Shown: positions 43,843 through 53,006 of the stretch, piece by piece | Numbering within the stretch: position 1 is the stretch's first letter | How the letters are laid out: the number at the start of each line of letters is the position of its first letter | Assembly (NCBI GenBank): GCA_047639625.1 | Contig: JBLIOG010000003.1 | Coordinates: forward strand, 1-53,006 | Length of the DNA: 53,006 nt | Direction of reading: 5' to 3' | Source: Gammaproteobacteria bacterium | GTDB lineage: Bacteria; Pseudomonadota; Gammaproteobacteria; GCA-001735895 | Position numbers and translations under genes: made by a program | The notes under the pieces: generated by a model | Seen by the model: only the letters and a program-made list of their open reading frames with translations | What the model was told of the DNA's origin: nothing | Databases searched by the model: none

Positions 43843-45279
43843 TCATTTTTTATATTGCTGGATTTCGCGCCAAATCCCACCAATGGTTCTGGGTATTGGC
43901 TGGTTAGCTTTGAGAGATTGAGGTAATTCTGCTATTGCCCGATTAGCTGCTTTTCGGTTTTCGTATTGCCCATAAATCACACTAAAAATCGAAGTTTCAT
44001 TAGCGTAGGTTTGAAATACTCGGATTTCTGATTGAACAACACCGTTATCAACGAGGTCCTGAAAATAAGCCTGGTAAGCTTTATCGTCAAACCGATCAAA
44101 CCCAATTGACATCATTTGAATGGTTGCATTTGAATGGTTGGAAGAGGTTATCCAGTCCATCGAATTGATCAGTTGCTGTTTAAACCAGGCTGAGGTTTTT
44201 GTACCTTCGATGAATGGCATATTTTCTGATGAAAGTTTCCCGTTTACTTCTGGTTCAGGATCCACAACTAAATTGCTTTTAACAACTGGATATTTTGATT
44301 GATTAATGACGGCTTCTGACTGTTTTGCTTCTACAGAAACTGACTGCCCTTCTATTTCAATATTTATAGCCTGGTCGTTTTGGCTGACACTTACTTCGTT
44401 AGTTTCGATTGCTGCCTTAACTGGTATGGCTATATTTTGTTTTTTCTCGTCTTCTTTAGAGGTAGCGGAATCAACCCAGGGTTGTGGCAAGGAAAACTCA
44501 GATAAGTGGTGATAGATCTTTTGGCCAGACTGCCCAATTAAAAACCAACTGGCTAAGCTGGCTAAAGCAACAGTCAGGATAATGATGAAAATGCTCGTGA
44601 TTTTCCAGCTTTTGGATAAAGGTTTTAGAGCCTGAGCCTTAATCTGGTCCCTGTAATTCTCACAGAACAAGTCTAAATCAACGGGCTTCCCCTCTAATTT
44701 TTTAAGTGCCTTCCTGGCCTGGGATGAGAGTTCGAGCTTAAAATCAATACCCGCGCTCTGGGGTAAAGTCCTAAGACCTATATATGAATCTATTTCCAGT
44801 TTATTAAAAGGCAAAAGCTGGAAGCTTTGAATGGATGCTTTGTATTGATTTGACAGCAGGCTGAAGTCAGACAAACAATTTGACGCCGTGATTAAAAGTA
44901 CATTTAGACGTTTATCGATACCATCGGTCATCCAGCTTTGGAAAATTTGATGCCGAGCTTTTTGTCCTGCTTCTTCTAAATGATCAATAATGATGAGGTC
45001 AGTATTCTGACAATTTTCAAAAGTATGGTTAATAGCCTTAGCATCTGGAATTGTATTTCCACCCCCTTCCGCGGATTTACAATATTTATCAGGGGTAAAA
45101 TCTAAACTAACAACAGCCCCGCTAAATTCGCGTGACCGTAAAAATTGATGAACAAAACTGGATTTTCCAATCCCTTTAACACCATATAGTAAAAATAATG
45201 ACGATCTAGAGCCAATTTCGCGATACAAATCTTCCATTAAATTTGCTGTTTGTGGGGTTAAAAAATATTTTTCTGCCAC
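43843..45279 (-). CDS. ExeA-like ATPase domain + TM helix + SPOR domain protein (DamX-like)
   Basis: GVKGIGKSS Walker A, LIIIDH Walker B-like, one TM, C-terminal TIQMM..VIYGQY..A..AIAELP. Confidence 0.65.
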   Translation of the reverse strand: MAEKYFLTPQTANLMEDLYREIGSRSSLFLLYGVKGIGKSSFVHQFLRSREFSGAVVSLDFTPDKYCKSAEGGGNTIPDAKAINHTFENCQNTDLIIIDHLEEAGQKARHQIFQSWMTDGIDKRLNVLLITASNCLSDFSLLSNQYKASIQSFQLLPFNKLEIDSYIGLRTLPQSAGIDFKLELSSQARKALKKLEGKPVDLDLFCENYRDQIKAQALKPLSKSWKITSIFIIILTVALASLASWFLIGQSGQKIYHHLSEFSLPQPWVDSATSKEDEKKQNIAIPVKAAIETNEVSVSQNDQAINIEIEGQSVSVEAKQSEAVINQSKYPVVKSNLVVDPEPEVNGKLSSENMPFIEGTKTSAWFKQQLINSMDWITSSNHSNATIQMMSIGFDRFDDKAYQAYFQDLVDNGVVQSEIRVFQTYANETSIFSVIYGQYENRKAANRAIAELPQSLKANQPIPRTIGGIWREIQQYKK

Positions 45280-45516
45280 CTTAAATTTTCATTCCAGAGG
45301 TAAAGACAATGCAAATAATTGTTTCATGAAACAGCCATGATCGGAAACTATAATTAAAATAGTTCAAAATGCCGATCATATCCCTCGATAGTCTCTAATA
45401 AATTTAGATTAGCAATCAAAAGCAAGCTATCATAAATGAATCACAATAAACGTCACTAATGTCGCTACGTTGGCAAATTAACAATTTTGGGGCAAAAAGA
45501 TCATCGAACCGCTATT

Positions 45517-45828
45517 ATGAGTAAATTGATACCCTTAGCCTCTATTGAGCAAGTTAAACTTGGAAAGACAAAATCATTTAAAGTAGGCAATGAATTTGTT
45601 TTAGTTGTAAATATTGAAGACGAATATTACGCGATTGAGGATCGATGTAGCCACGAGGATTCAAGATTATCGTTAGGCTGTTTAAAAGGTGAACTGATTG
45701 ATTGCACATTACATGGCAGCCGATTCAACGTAAAAACAGGATGTCCCATCGAAGAACCCGCGACTGAAGCCGTAAAAACCTACCCTATCACTATCATCAA
45801 CAAGACTCTTCATATCCAGATGGATTAA
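45517..45828 (+). CDS. Rieske-type ferredoxin
   Basis: CSH...CTLHGSRF ligands. Confidence 0.9.
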   Translation: MSKLIPLASIEQVKLGKTKSFKVGNEFVLVVNIEDEYYAIEDRCSHEDSRLSLGCLKGELIDCTLHGSRFNVKTGCPIEEPATEAVKTYPITIINKTLHIQMD

Positions 45829-45831
45829 TCC

Positions 45832-46635
45832 ATGCCAAACCGAACGCTCACCCCAGACGACATCGAAGCTATCCAGCAATTTGTTATCCAGGCTTCAGAA
45901 CAATCTATCCTGCCCAGAATTTGTGGATCAAAAGCCACCTTTAAAGAAGATGGTTCTATCGTCACTGAAGCTGACCTAGAAATGGATCGATGTTTAACAG
46001 CGCTTTTGAGCTCAAGATTTCCGCATATACCCATTCTCAGTGAAGAAATAAACGCAGAGAAACAAGAAGAAATATTGAATTCAGGTCAGGATTTCTGGTG
46101 TCTCGATCCTATTGATGGAACTACTAATTTCCATGCAACGATGCCATTATTTTCTGTTTCACTGGCTCTTATTAGACGCGCCGAATCAACATTCGGTTTA
46201 ATTTTTGACCCTGTTCGGGGTGAAATGTTCACAGCTGCTAAAGGCCAGGGGTTAAAAATAAATGGGGTTAGCCATATAAGACCAACGCAACCAGCAACGT
46301 TGGAACAGACGATCGCGTTTGTCGATTTCAAACGTCTCAGTATGCCCAAACGTCGACAATTAATAGAAAATACCCCTTATAAATCTCAACGTAACATTGG
46401 TACTTGCGCTCTAGAATGGGCCTGGTTAGCGGCTGGACGAAGCCACTTACTCATTCACGGCAGTGAAAAATTATGGGATTTAGCTGCAGGTTATCGAATA
46501 CTTGCCGAATCAGGAGGCATTAGTGCGAGTATTGAAGGCAATCCAATATCCTTAGAGACCCTTGAGCAACAATCTGTTTTAGCAGCCAGTACCGAAACAC
46601 TCTTTCTTCAGTGGTCAAATTTTATTCAGGATTAA
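45832..46635 (+). CDS. Inositol monophosphatase family protein
   Basis: VTEAD, LSEE, LDPIDGTTNF, WDLAAG. Confidence 0.9.
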   Translation: MPNRTLTPDDIEAIQQFVIQASEQSILPRICGSKATFKEDGSIVTEADLEMDRCLTALLSSRFPHIPILSEEINAEKQEEILNSGQDFWCLDPIDGTTNFHATMPLFSVSLALIRRAESTFGLIFDPVRGEMFTAAKGQGLKINGVSHIRPTQPATLEQTIAFVDFKRLSMPKRRQLIENTPYKSQRNIGTCALEWAWLAAGRSHLLIHGSEKLWDLAAGYRILAESGGISASIEGNPISLETLEQQSVLAASTETLFLQWSNFIQD

Positions 46636-46654
46636 GTTTATTAACTATTTAAGA

Positions 46655-47608
46655 ATGAATGCACGGACAGCATTTCTGATTGGAGCGATTCTATTCTGGG
46701 CGAACTCATCAGTCGGATTCGCCGAAGTAGAATTCAGTATCGCCAGTATTAACGCCTACCGCTTGTTTGATGATGTTGATGACAACAACAAAGTGCCTGT
46801 TAATAATAGCGTTAAATTCAAAAATAAAATTTCAAAAATTGGTCTTAAAATTATCTCAGTATTAAACTCTCCTGACGTCATTGCGTTCCAGGAAATTGAA
46901 AATAAGAACGTATTAACTCAGATCGCTGACTTCATACAACGCAATGTTAATGTCTCCTACCAGGCCGTCTTTAGAGATGGTAACGATAGATCGGGAATAA
47001 ATATCGGCTTTCTGGTGAAAACAGACTTCAGAATTCCGCTCATCATCCAGTTGTTCCGGCATCAAACCTTTGGTGGAAATAAACAAATCTTATATTCCCG
47101 TCCACCATTACTAATAGAAACTTGTTTAAAAGAAGTGTGCCTGACGATACTGAATTTACATTTACGGTCGATGCGTGGCATCCGAGGAAACTCAGGGAAG
47201 AAGGTTAAAGTAAAAAGACGAAAACAGGCAGAACTACTAGCAAGCTGGGTTGAAAGTTTCCAGAAAAATAATCCATCACAACCTCTTATCATTCTGGGTG
47301 ATTTGAACGCTTTAAAACCACCTGATCAGTATGTTGATGTGGTGGGAATATTGACAGGAAACCCAGACAATCGTGAGACCGAATTAAAAGGCGCCGATTT
47401 AATCACATCTAATCTTTTCGATTTAACCGAAAATATTCCAATAAAATCGCGGTATTCCTATCGATTTCGAGGCCATAACCAACAACTCGATTATTTATTA
47501 GTCAATCGATCGCTACAACAGTCACTTAAACATATTCAATTTATAGATATTGATCGATCAATCTCCGATCATGCCGCACTTATAGCCAGATTTACTTTAA
47601 CCGATTAA
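46655..47608 (+). CDS. Secreted endonuclease/exonuclease/phosphatase family protein
   Basis: Signal peptide; DVIAFQEIE, GDLN, QLDY, SDH. Confidence 0.87.
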   Translation: MNARTAFLIGAILFWANSSVGFAEVEFSIASINAYRLFDDVDDNNKVPVNNSVKFKNKISKIGLKIISVLNSPDVIAFQEIENKNVLTQIADFIQRNVNVSYQAVFRDGNDRSGINIGFLVKTDFRIPLIIQLFRHQTFGGNKQILYSRPPLLIETCLKEVCLTILNLHLRSMRGIRGNSGKKVKVKRRKQAELLASWVESFQKNNPSQPLIILGDLNALKPPDQYVDVVGILTGNPDNRETELKGADLITSNLFDLTENIPIKSRYSYRFRGHNQQLDYLLVNRSLQQSLKHIQFIDIDRSISDHAALIARFTLTD

Positions 47609-48705
47609 TTTGAAACATGAACCTCACTGAGGTAGTGGTCAGACTGCATCTCTATTAACCGACTAGACGTACGTTCAAATTCAAAAGTCAACCGGGTACC
47701 TGTATACAGATCAAAAGGTTGGCATTGTGCACTGCAGATTAATTTAACCCGGTGGTCATATAAGATATCGATTAATAATACAAACCTTCGCGCTACATCA
47801 TCTTCGGCTGATGTCATTTTTTTTATATCACTTATGATAAAGGTTTTAAACAAACGCGATAACTCAAGATAATCATTTTGACTCCTTGTAGATTCGCACA
47901 AGTTTGCAAACGTAAACCAGACAGTATCTTCGTAACAGATGACAAAATTGATGAAACGACCATTGATTTCAAGGTGTTCTCTTTCGATTTGAAAGCGATT
48001 TATCTGTTCGGTTAAATAGGCCTCAATTTCCATAATCGAATGATCACTGTGTGGGTGCATATATAGATCTGTTTGCTTTAATCCTCGCAATCGATAGTCG
48101 GTACCCGAATCGAGGTTAATCACCTCACAATATTCTTCTAATAAAGCAATTGCGGGTAAAAATCGCGCACGCTGCAGCCCATCACGATACAAATTTGCTG
48201 GAATTGCGTTAGAAGTTGTTACCAATACTACACCGGCTTTAAACATAGCCTTTAGAAGCCCTGACATAATCATCGCATCTGCGATATCAATAATGACAAA
48301 TTCATCCAGACAAATTACCCGGGTTTGGCTGGCGATGTCATTGGCAATGAGCTCGAGTGGGTTTTCTACACCGGACTGATTTTTTAAGCGGTGGTGAATT
48401 TGATTGATGAAATCATGAAAATGGAACCGCCGTTTTTCTGATATAGTCAGACTCTGGTAAAATAGATCCATCAGGAAAGTTTTTCCTCTACCGACTCCGC
48501 CCCAGAAATAAATGCCCTTCACCTCGACCTCCAGACTCCTGGTTTGAAAAATTCGATTCCACCAGAAGGGAGTGCGCTGAATTACGATGGGCGTTATTTT
48601 TTCGGCCAGTAAATCCAGCTTTTTGAGTGCAGAAATTTGGGTCGGGTCGTTTTCAAAATCTGATTGATCTAAAATCCTCAGATAATGCTCAGTAGCGGTC
48701 ATCAA
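47605..48705 (-). CDS. zapE: Cell-division ATPase ZapE (AFG1 family)
   Basis: GGVGRGKTFLMD, LDEF, TTSN, LYRDGLQRARF, RTSSRLIEMQ. Confidence 0.93.
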   Translation of the reverse strand: MMTATEHYLRILDQSDFENDPTQISALKKLDLLAEKITPIVIQRTPFWWNRIFQTRSLEVEVKGIYFWGGVGRGKTFLMDLFYQSLTISEKRRFHFHDFINQIHHRLKNQSGVENPLELIANDIASQTRVICLDEFVIIDIADAMIMSGLLKAMFKAGVVLVTTSNAIPANLYRDGLQRARFLPAIALLEEYCEVINLDSGTDYRLRGLKQTDLYMHPHSDHSIMEIEAYLTEQINRFQIEREHLEINGRFINFVICYEDTVWFTFANLCESTRSQNDYLELSRLFKTFIISDIKKMTSAEDDVARRFVLLIDILYDHRVKLICSAQCQPFDLYTGTRLTFEFERTSSRLIEMQSDHYLSEVHVSN

Positions 48706-49131
48706 AAGTGATCCATATCAAAATGGTCGACGTCCTCTATCGATAAAATGTTAAAAAAGCAGTGAAGTTATTTTTAGTATTAATTTACGCGGATTTTACA
48801 CAGCCGGTATTCATAATTCGATATGGTTAATCAAATCAGGAGCCGATAAAATACATACAGTAAAATGCTGACAAAATATGAAAAAACTCACACCATATAA
48901 TTAAAAATATCATAAACTTACAGTAACAACCTAATGTTAATTGCTAAAATATGAAATGAATCTCTCTGAATCATTGAAATTCAAAAAATATGCAATATAA
49001 TTTTATTCAAGCCAAAAGTTTTAGTCAGGCTATAAGATAGTATCTTCTTTCATGTTTTTTTAGCATCGAATTAAACAGTTTTATTTTTGTCGTAATTTAA
49101 ACGTAACACCATTTGATTTAATATCACGAAT

Positions 49132-49482
49132 ATGCCGATAGATAATAGAGTCATTAATCCAGCCTTAGCGCAACAATTGTTTCGTAAAAGCGCGATGCTT
49201 AAGCTAAAGCGGGCGGGAACGCCTGCAGCAATCGAATCTTTCCCACGAGTTGTGAAAACTGTAACGGGACTATGGCGTTATTCTGAGGGTCAAAAATACC
49301 TAGAAGAACTGATCATGGTTGAAGGTGGGAAACGACGAGAAGGTTTTCCAGTAGAAGTGCAAGATGAATTGATGTTTTTGTATCAATTATTACTCGATCA
49401 ACATCGGATACTGGCCTTACGTGGACAAAAAATTACGGCAAATATGCCTCCAGGTACAAAGTTCACGATGGGCGTTCGATAG
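49132..49482 (+). CDS. Hypothetical protein
   Basis: FPRVV...LW...YLEELI...REGFP.EV..EL pattern resembles an uncharacterised proteobacterial domain. Confidence 0.7.
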   Translation: MPIDNRVINPALAQQLFRKSAMLKLKRAGTPAAIESFPRVVKTVTGLWRYSEGQKYLEELIMVEGGKRREGFPVEVQDELMFLYQLLLDQHRILALRGQKITANMPPGTKFTMGVR

Positions 49483-49497
49483 CGTCTTTTAGTTCGT

Positions 49498-50838
49498 TCA
49501 GACTTCCCTACCGGCCATCCATTGGCCAAACTTCAAATAAGCCCTCGACCCTAAGGTCATAAAAGGCCGGGGAAATAGTTTGCTTGGTTTGACATTCAAA
49601 GAATATTTGCCAAACATTGAACTGTTTTCGCCATTACTAGCCATCTCGGCGGCAATAATTCCGGCAATGGTACCTCGTGTAATACCCAGCCCATTTTGGC
49701 AACAAGCCGCATAAAGACCCGTATCCAGCTCTCCTAATGCCCAGGCATCGTTTCGACTTAAGCACAACCTGCCTGACCAGCAGTATTCCATATCAACCTG
49801 ACTCAATTGCGGAAACCGAGCTTGAAAACTATTTAGGTGATGCTTTCTTATTAAATCTAATCTATTTAACGGGAGTGATAAATCGGGTTCGTAGGTGCAT
49901 TGGTTGCGGATCAAAATTCGATCACCAGCCTCACCAGTAATACGCCGCAAAGTCGACCCTAACGGATCCGAAGGCGTAAACCCCCATTCTCGCGACCCCC
50001 CCAGTTGCGCTATTTCATCTGAATTCAAAGCCCGCGTCATAGACCCATATAAATTGATGTGCATTAAACGTTGTTTGAAGAAACCGAATGTCTCAATTAA
50101 TCCATTAACAGCAAGTATTACTTTCCCGCTCCGAATTGATCCTTTGTTGGTTTTCATTAACCAACCATCATGCAATTTAAAATATTCACAGACTGCTGAA
50201 TTTTCGAAGGTTTGACAGTTTTTTGAACCTGATAGTTGGTTGGCGAAGCCTCGTGCAAATTCGACTGGTTGCAACAGGACGGTTCCAGGTGTTCTCAGTC
50301 CGCCACAGTAATAGCGGCTGCCAGATAAAGAAGACATTTGGCTTGACGATAGCAATTCAAAAGGCTCATTCAACTGTTCAAGATGTCGAGCGTAAGACTG
50401 ATTATGCCTGTGGCCATTTTGGGTCGCTGCAGCGTTTATTTTTCCAGTTTTTTTGAAACATGAATCTGGAAGATCCAATTCAGACTTTGCCTCAGCAAGA
50501 TAATTAATCGCCAGCCGATTTAACTCGATTTGCTTGCGATCATCTGAATCTGAACTCGCATAATCTGAACGGGTTAAGTTATGAGGCAAATCAATCATAA
50601 ATCCAGAATTGCGACCAATAGGTCCCTCCCCGATTTCTCTGGCTTCAACAATAGCAATTGATGACTCAGGTTCTAATTGACGTAAACGCCGGGCAGCAGC
50701 TAATCCCGCAAAGCCCGCGCCGATAATGGTATAGTCGGTTTCCAGATCATCTACCAATGCACCCGTAGGTTCCCGTGGCGGTAAAATACCCTGCCAACCG
50801 GATAAGCCTAAATCATAAGGCTTTATATCAACCTTCAC
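49498..50838 (-). CDS. FAD-dependent oxidoreductase (DadA/PuuB-like)
   Basis: IGAGFAG, GRNSGFMIDLPH, QNGLG. Confidence 0.88.
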   Translation of the reverse strand: MKVDIKPYDLGLSGWQGILPPREPTGALVDDLETDYTIIGAGFAGLAAARRLRQLEPESSIAIVEAREIGEGPIGRNSGFMIDLPHNLTRSDYASSDSDDRKQIELNRLAINYLAEAKSELDLPDSCFKKTGKINAAATQNGHRHNQSYARHLEQLNEPFELLSSSQMSSLSGSRYYCGGLRTPGTVLLQPVEFARGFANQLSGSKNCQTFENSAVCEYFKLHDGWLMKTNKGSIRSGKVILAVNGLIETFGFFKQRLMHINLYGSMTRALNSDEIAQLGGSREWGFTPSDPLGSTLRRITGEAGDRILIRNQCTYEPDLSLPLNRLDLIRKHHLNSFQARFPQLSQVDMEYCWSGRLCLSRNDAWALGELDTGLYAACCQNGLGITRGTIAGIIAAEMASNGENSSMFGKYSLNVKPSKLFPRPFMTLGSRAYLKFGQWMAGREV

Positions 50839-50841
50839 GAT

Positions 50842-52344
50842 TTAAATGACCGAACTACCCGATGCTGGATCACTTAAATCAATCCAGATAGTTTTCATTT
50901 CTGTGTACTGATCATGTGCATGGAGTGAATTATCGCGTCCACCAAATCCTGACTGTTTATACCCGCCAAATGGCGTCGTGATATCGCCTTCGCCATAACA
51001 ATTGATTGTTACCGTTCCGGCTTTTATTTCTTTTGCAGCTCGTAACCCCGTCTTTCCATTGGCCGTAAACAGGCTGGCAGCCAATCCATAACAGGTATTA
51101 TTTGCTACAGAAATGGCTTCTTCGGTCGATTTAACGGTTATTACTGATAAAACGGGTCCAAATATTTCTTCCTGCGCAAGGCAATCATCAGGATTCACGT
51201 TATCGATAATGGTTGGAAGTACATAGCGGCCTGACTCAGTTTGACCGCCCACAATTACGTCTCCTTTATCGAGATAACTTGATACTTTTTCAAAATGATC
51301 CTTGTCAACCATAGCACCCAGGCGCGAAGCAGGGTCCAGCGGATCGCCTGTTTTCCATTCTCGAATTCGAGCAATCATGCAGTTCAATAAAGGCTCTTTT
51401 ACCGATTCATGTACGATTAGCCTTGAGCTGGCCGAGCAATTTTCACCCATATTCCAAAAGGCACCATTGACAACATGCTCAGCAACCAGATCAAGATCTT
51501 CGGCGTCTTCAAGAACAATGGCGGGATTTTTACCACCACATTCGAGAACAACTTTCTTAAGATTTGAATCTGCAGAATATCTGAGAAAACGACGCCCGGT
51601 GTCTGTCGATCCGGTAAAGGAAACCATATCCACATCAGGGTGTAACCCTAGAGGTTCACCTACATCGGGACCAAAGCCAGTCACTATATTCAGTACACCG
51701 CGAGGCAATCCTGCGTCTGAAGCCAATTCGGCAAGTCTCAACGCTGTCATACTGGTCTGTTCAGCCGGTTTAATAATGACGGAATTCCCGGCCGCCAATG
51801 CAGGCGCCAGTTTCCAGATTGCCATTAAAATCGGAAAGTTCCAGGGTAAAACGCAACCCACTACTCCAACAGGTTCTCTGACAATAAGTGCAATTGCATC
51901 ATCTCCTACTGGAGCAGATTGGTCGTAAATTTTATCAATGGCTTCTGCGTGCCATTTCAAACAGTGTATGGCTTCTGCAAGATCTACCTCAACACAATCC
52001 CTAACTGGCTTTCCTGACTCCAGACTTTCGAGTACTGCTAATTCATTAGTATTTCGTGTCATAAATTTTGCCAGTCGAATCAATACAGATTTTCGCTGTT
52101 CTGGATGTTGCCGGCTCCAAACGCCCAGATTAAAAGCTTCTCGCGCTTTAAGAACTGCTAGATCGACATCAACCTGATCACAAGCCGCAACAGACGCAAG
52201 CGTCTCTCCTGTGGCCGGATTTATGCTGTCAAAAGTTCTTCCTGAAGCCGATGGTTGAAATTTCCCATCAATATAAGCATTAGCGGGAAAATCGATTTGA
52301 TCAGCTAACGCCTGATATTCGTCTCGGGTTAAAAGTTCGGTCAT
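50842..52344 (-). CDS. Aldehyde dehydrogenase (PuuC-like)
   Basis: PWNFP, FTGST, LECGGKNP, GENC, EEIFGP. Confidence 0.92.
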   Translation of the reverse strand: MTELLTRDEYQALADQIDFPANAYIDGKFQPSASGRTFDSINPATGETLASVAACDQVDVDLAVLKAREAFNLGVWSRQHPEQRKSVLIRLAKFMTRNTNELAVLESLESGKPVRDCVEVDLAEAIHCLKWHAEAIDKIYDQSAPVGDDAIALIVREPVGVVGCVLPWNFPILMAIWKLAPALAAGNSVIIKPAEQTSMTALRLAELASDAGLPRGVLNIVTGFGPDVGEPLGLHPDVDMVSFTGSTDTGRRFLRYSADSNLKKVVLECGGKNPAIVLEDAEDLDLVAEHVVNGAFWNMGENCSASSRLIVHESVKEPLLNCMIARIREWKTGDPLDPASRLGAMVDKDHFEKVSSYLDKGDVIVGGQTESGRYVLPTIIDNVNPDDCLAQEEIFGPVLSVITVKSTEEAISVANNTCYGLAASLFTANGKTGLRAAKEIKAGTVTINCYGEGDITTPFGGYKQSGFGGRDNSLHAHDQYTEMKTIWIDLSDPASGSSVI

Positions 52345-52346
52345 AG

Positions 52347-53006
52347 CTAACTCACCTGGATTTTGTCGAAAGTGGAATTCATGATTCTAACTACCTGCTC
52401 TAATGCACGTTTATCATCCTTGTTTAGCGCTCTTAAAGGTTTACGAGGTGGGCCTGATGGGAGATTTCGAGCGGTTAAGCCATATTTAACACATTGAACG
52501 AACTTTCCTCCCTGCTCTAACACTCGCATTAAAGGCATCATAGCGGACATGATTTTTCTGCCTCGAGTGAAGTCACCTTGCAGCGCGCAAGCTTCGTAAA
52601 GTGCGACGTGTATCTCTGGTGCAAAGTTAGATCCTGCACAAACCCAGGATCTCGCGCCCCAGGCAAAAAACTCCAGGGCCTGATCATCCATCCCACAGGC
52701 CAGACCGATATGAGGATAATCTCTCGCCAATAGATGAATTCGATTCACGTCGCCGGAGCTTTCTTTTATGGCTTTAAAATTAGATGATCGCCCTACTCTG
52801 TCGAGGTACTCCTCGCCCATCATCGAGCCCATCCGGTCAGGGTAGTTGTAAAGCATGATTGGGAGATTAGCCGCCCTATCTATAGCTAAGGCATGTAATG
52901 CGTTTTCGCGCTCAGTGGGAAGCGAATAAGGTGGTGTAGCAACCAGTAACGCATCCGCTTTCAATTCGGCAGCCTTTTGGGCGTATGCCACAGATTCTTC
53001 GGTTCG
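52347..53006 (-). CDS. DHDPS/NAL-family class I aldolase or deaminase (5' end beyond right edge)
   Basis: TPPY, MLYNYP, IKESSGD Schiff-base Lys; frame open to the window edge. Confidence 0.88.
   Translation of the reverse strand, partial: RTEESVAYAQKAAELKADALLVATPPYSLPTERENALHALAIDRAANLPIMLYNYPDRMGSMMGEEYLDRVGRSSNFKAIKESSGDVNRIHLLARDYPHIGLACGMDDQALEFFAWGARSWVCAGSNFAPEIHVALYEACALQGDFTRGRKIMSAMMPLMRVLEQGGKFVQCVKYGLTARNLPSGPPRKPLRALNKDDKRALEQVVRIMNSTFDKIQVS

Noticed and set aside
48706-49131. Replication origin
   Set aside because: AT-rich, but no DnaA boxes recognised and the gene context does not fit.
51302-51928. 208-aa antisense ORF and similar shadow ORFs (e.g. 1359..1841, 9775..10239, 25376..25795)
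   Set aside because: Fully antisense to well-conserved genes; typical codon-bias shadows without motifs.

Overview
About 53 kb of core chromosome from a gammaproteobacterium, probably marine or aquatic (inferred from gene content and synteny; GC is low-40s by eye). Housekeeping blocks, in order: acpP-fabG-fabD, infA, clpA-clpS/cspD, icd, ppsR/ppsA, nudJ-mnmA-hflD, slt, bioA, def, a ureohydrolase, sdhCDAB with sdhE and an unannotated DUF1674/SDHAF4 homologue, dsbC, ftsK-lolA-rarA, trxB-aat, tRNA-Ala(GGC)-tRNA-Glu(UUC), zapE, and a catabolic DHDPS-family/aldehyde dehydrogenase/FAD oxidoreductase cluster cut by the right edge. I found no CRISPR array, transposase, integrase or prophage. The best leads are all hypotheses: (1) a ~230-nt hairpin-dense stretch with strand-biased G-U pairs upstream of a rhodanese gene (candidate new structured RNA); (2) a trxB / FemAB-like transferase / aat / thiol-dioxygenase-like cupin run that could be an extended N-degron pathway feeding ClpS-ClpA; (3) an unannotated 34-aa acidic ORF with its own promoter and palindrome; (4) an orphan 1402-aa MshQ-like surface protein with a duplicated beta-solenoid module; (5) an alpha/mitochondrial-like complex II operon with two assembly factors. 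Family calls come from motif recognition by eye; no searches or folding programs were run.
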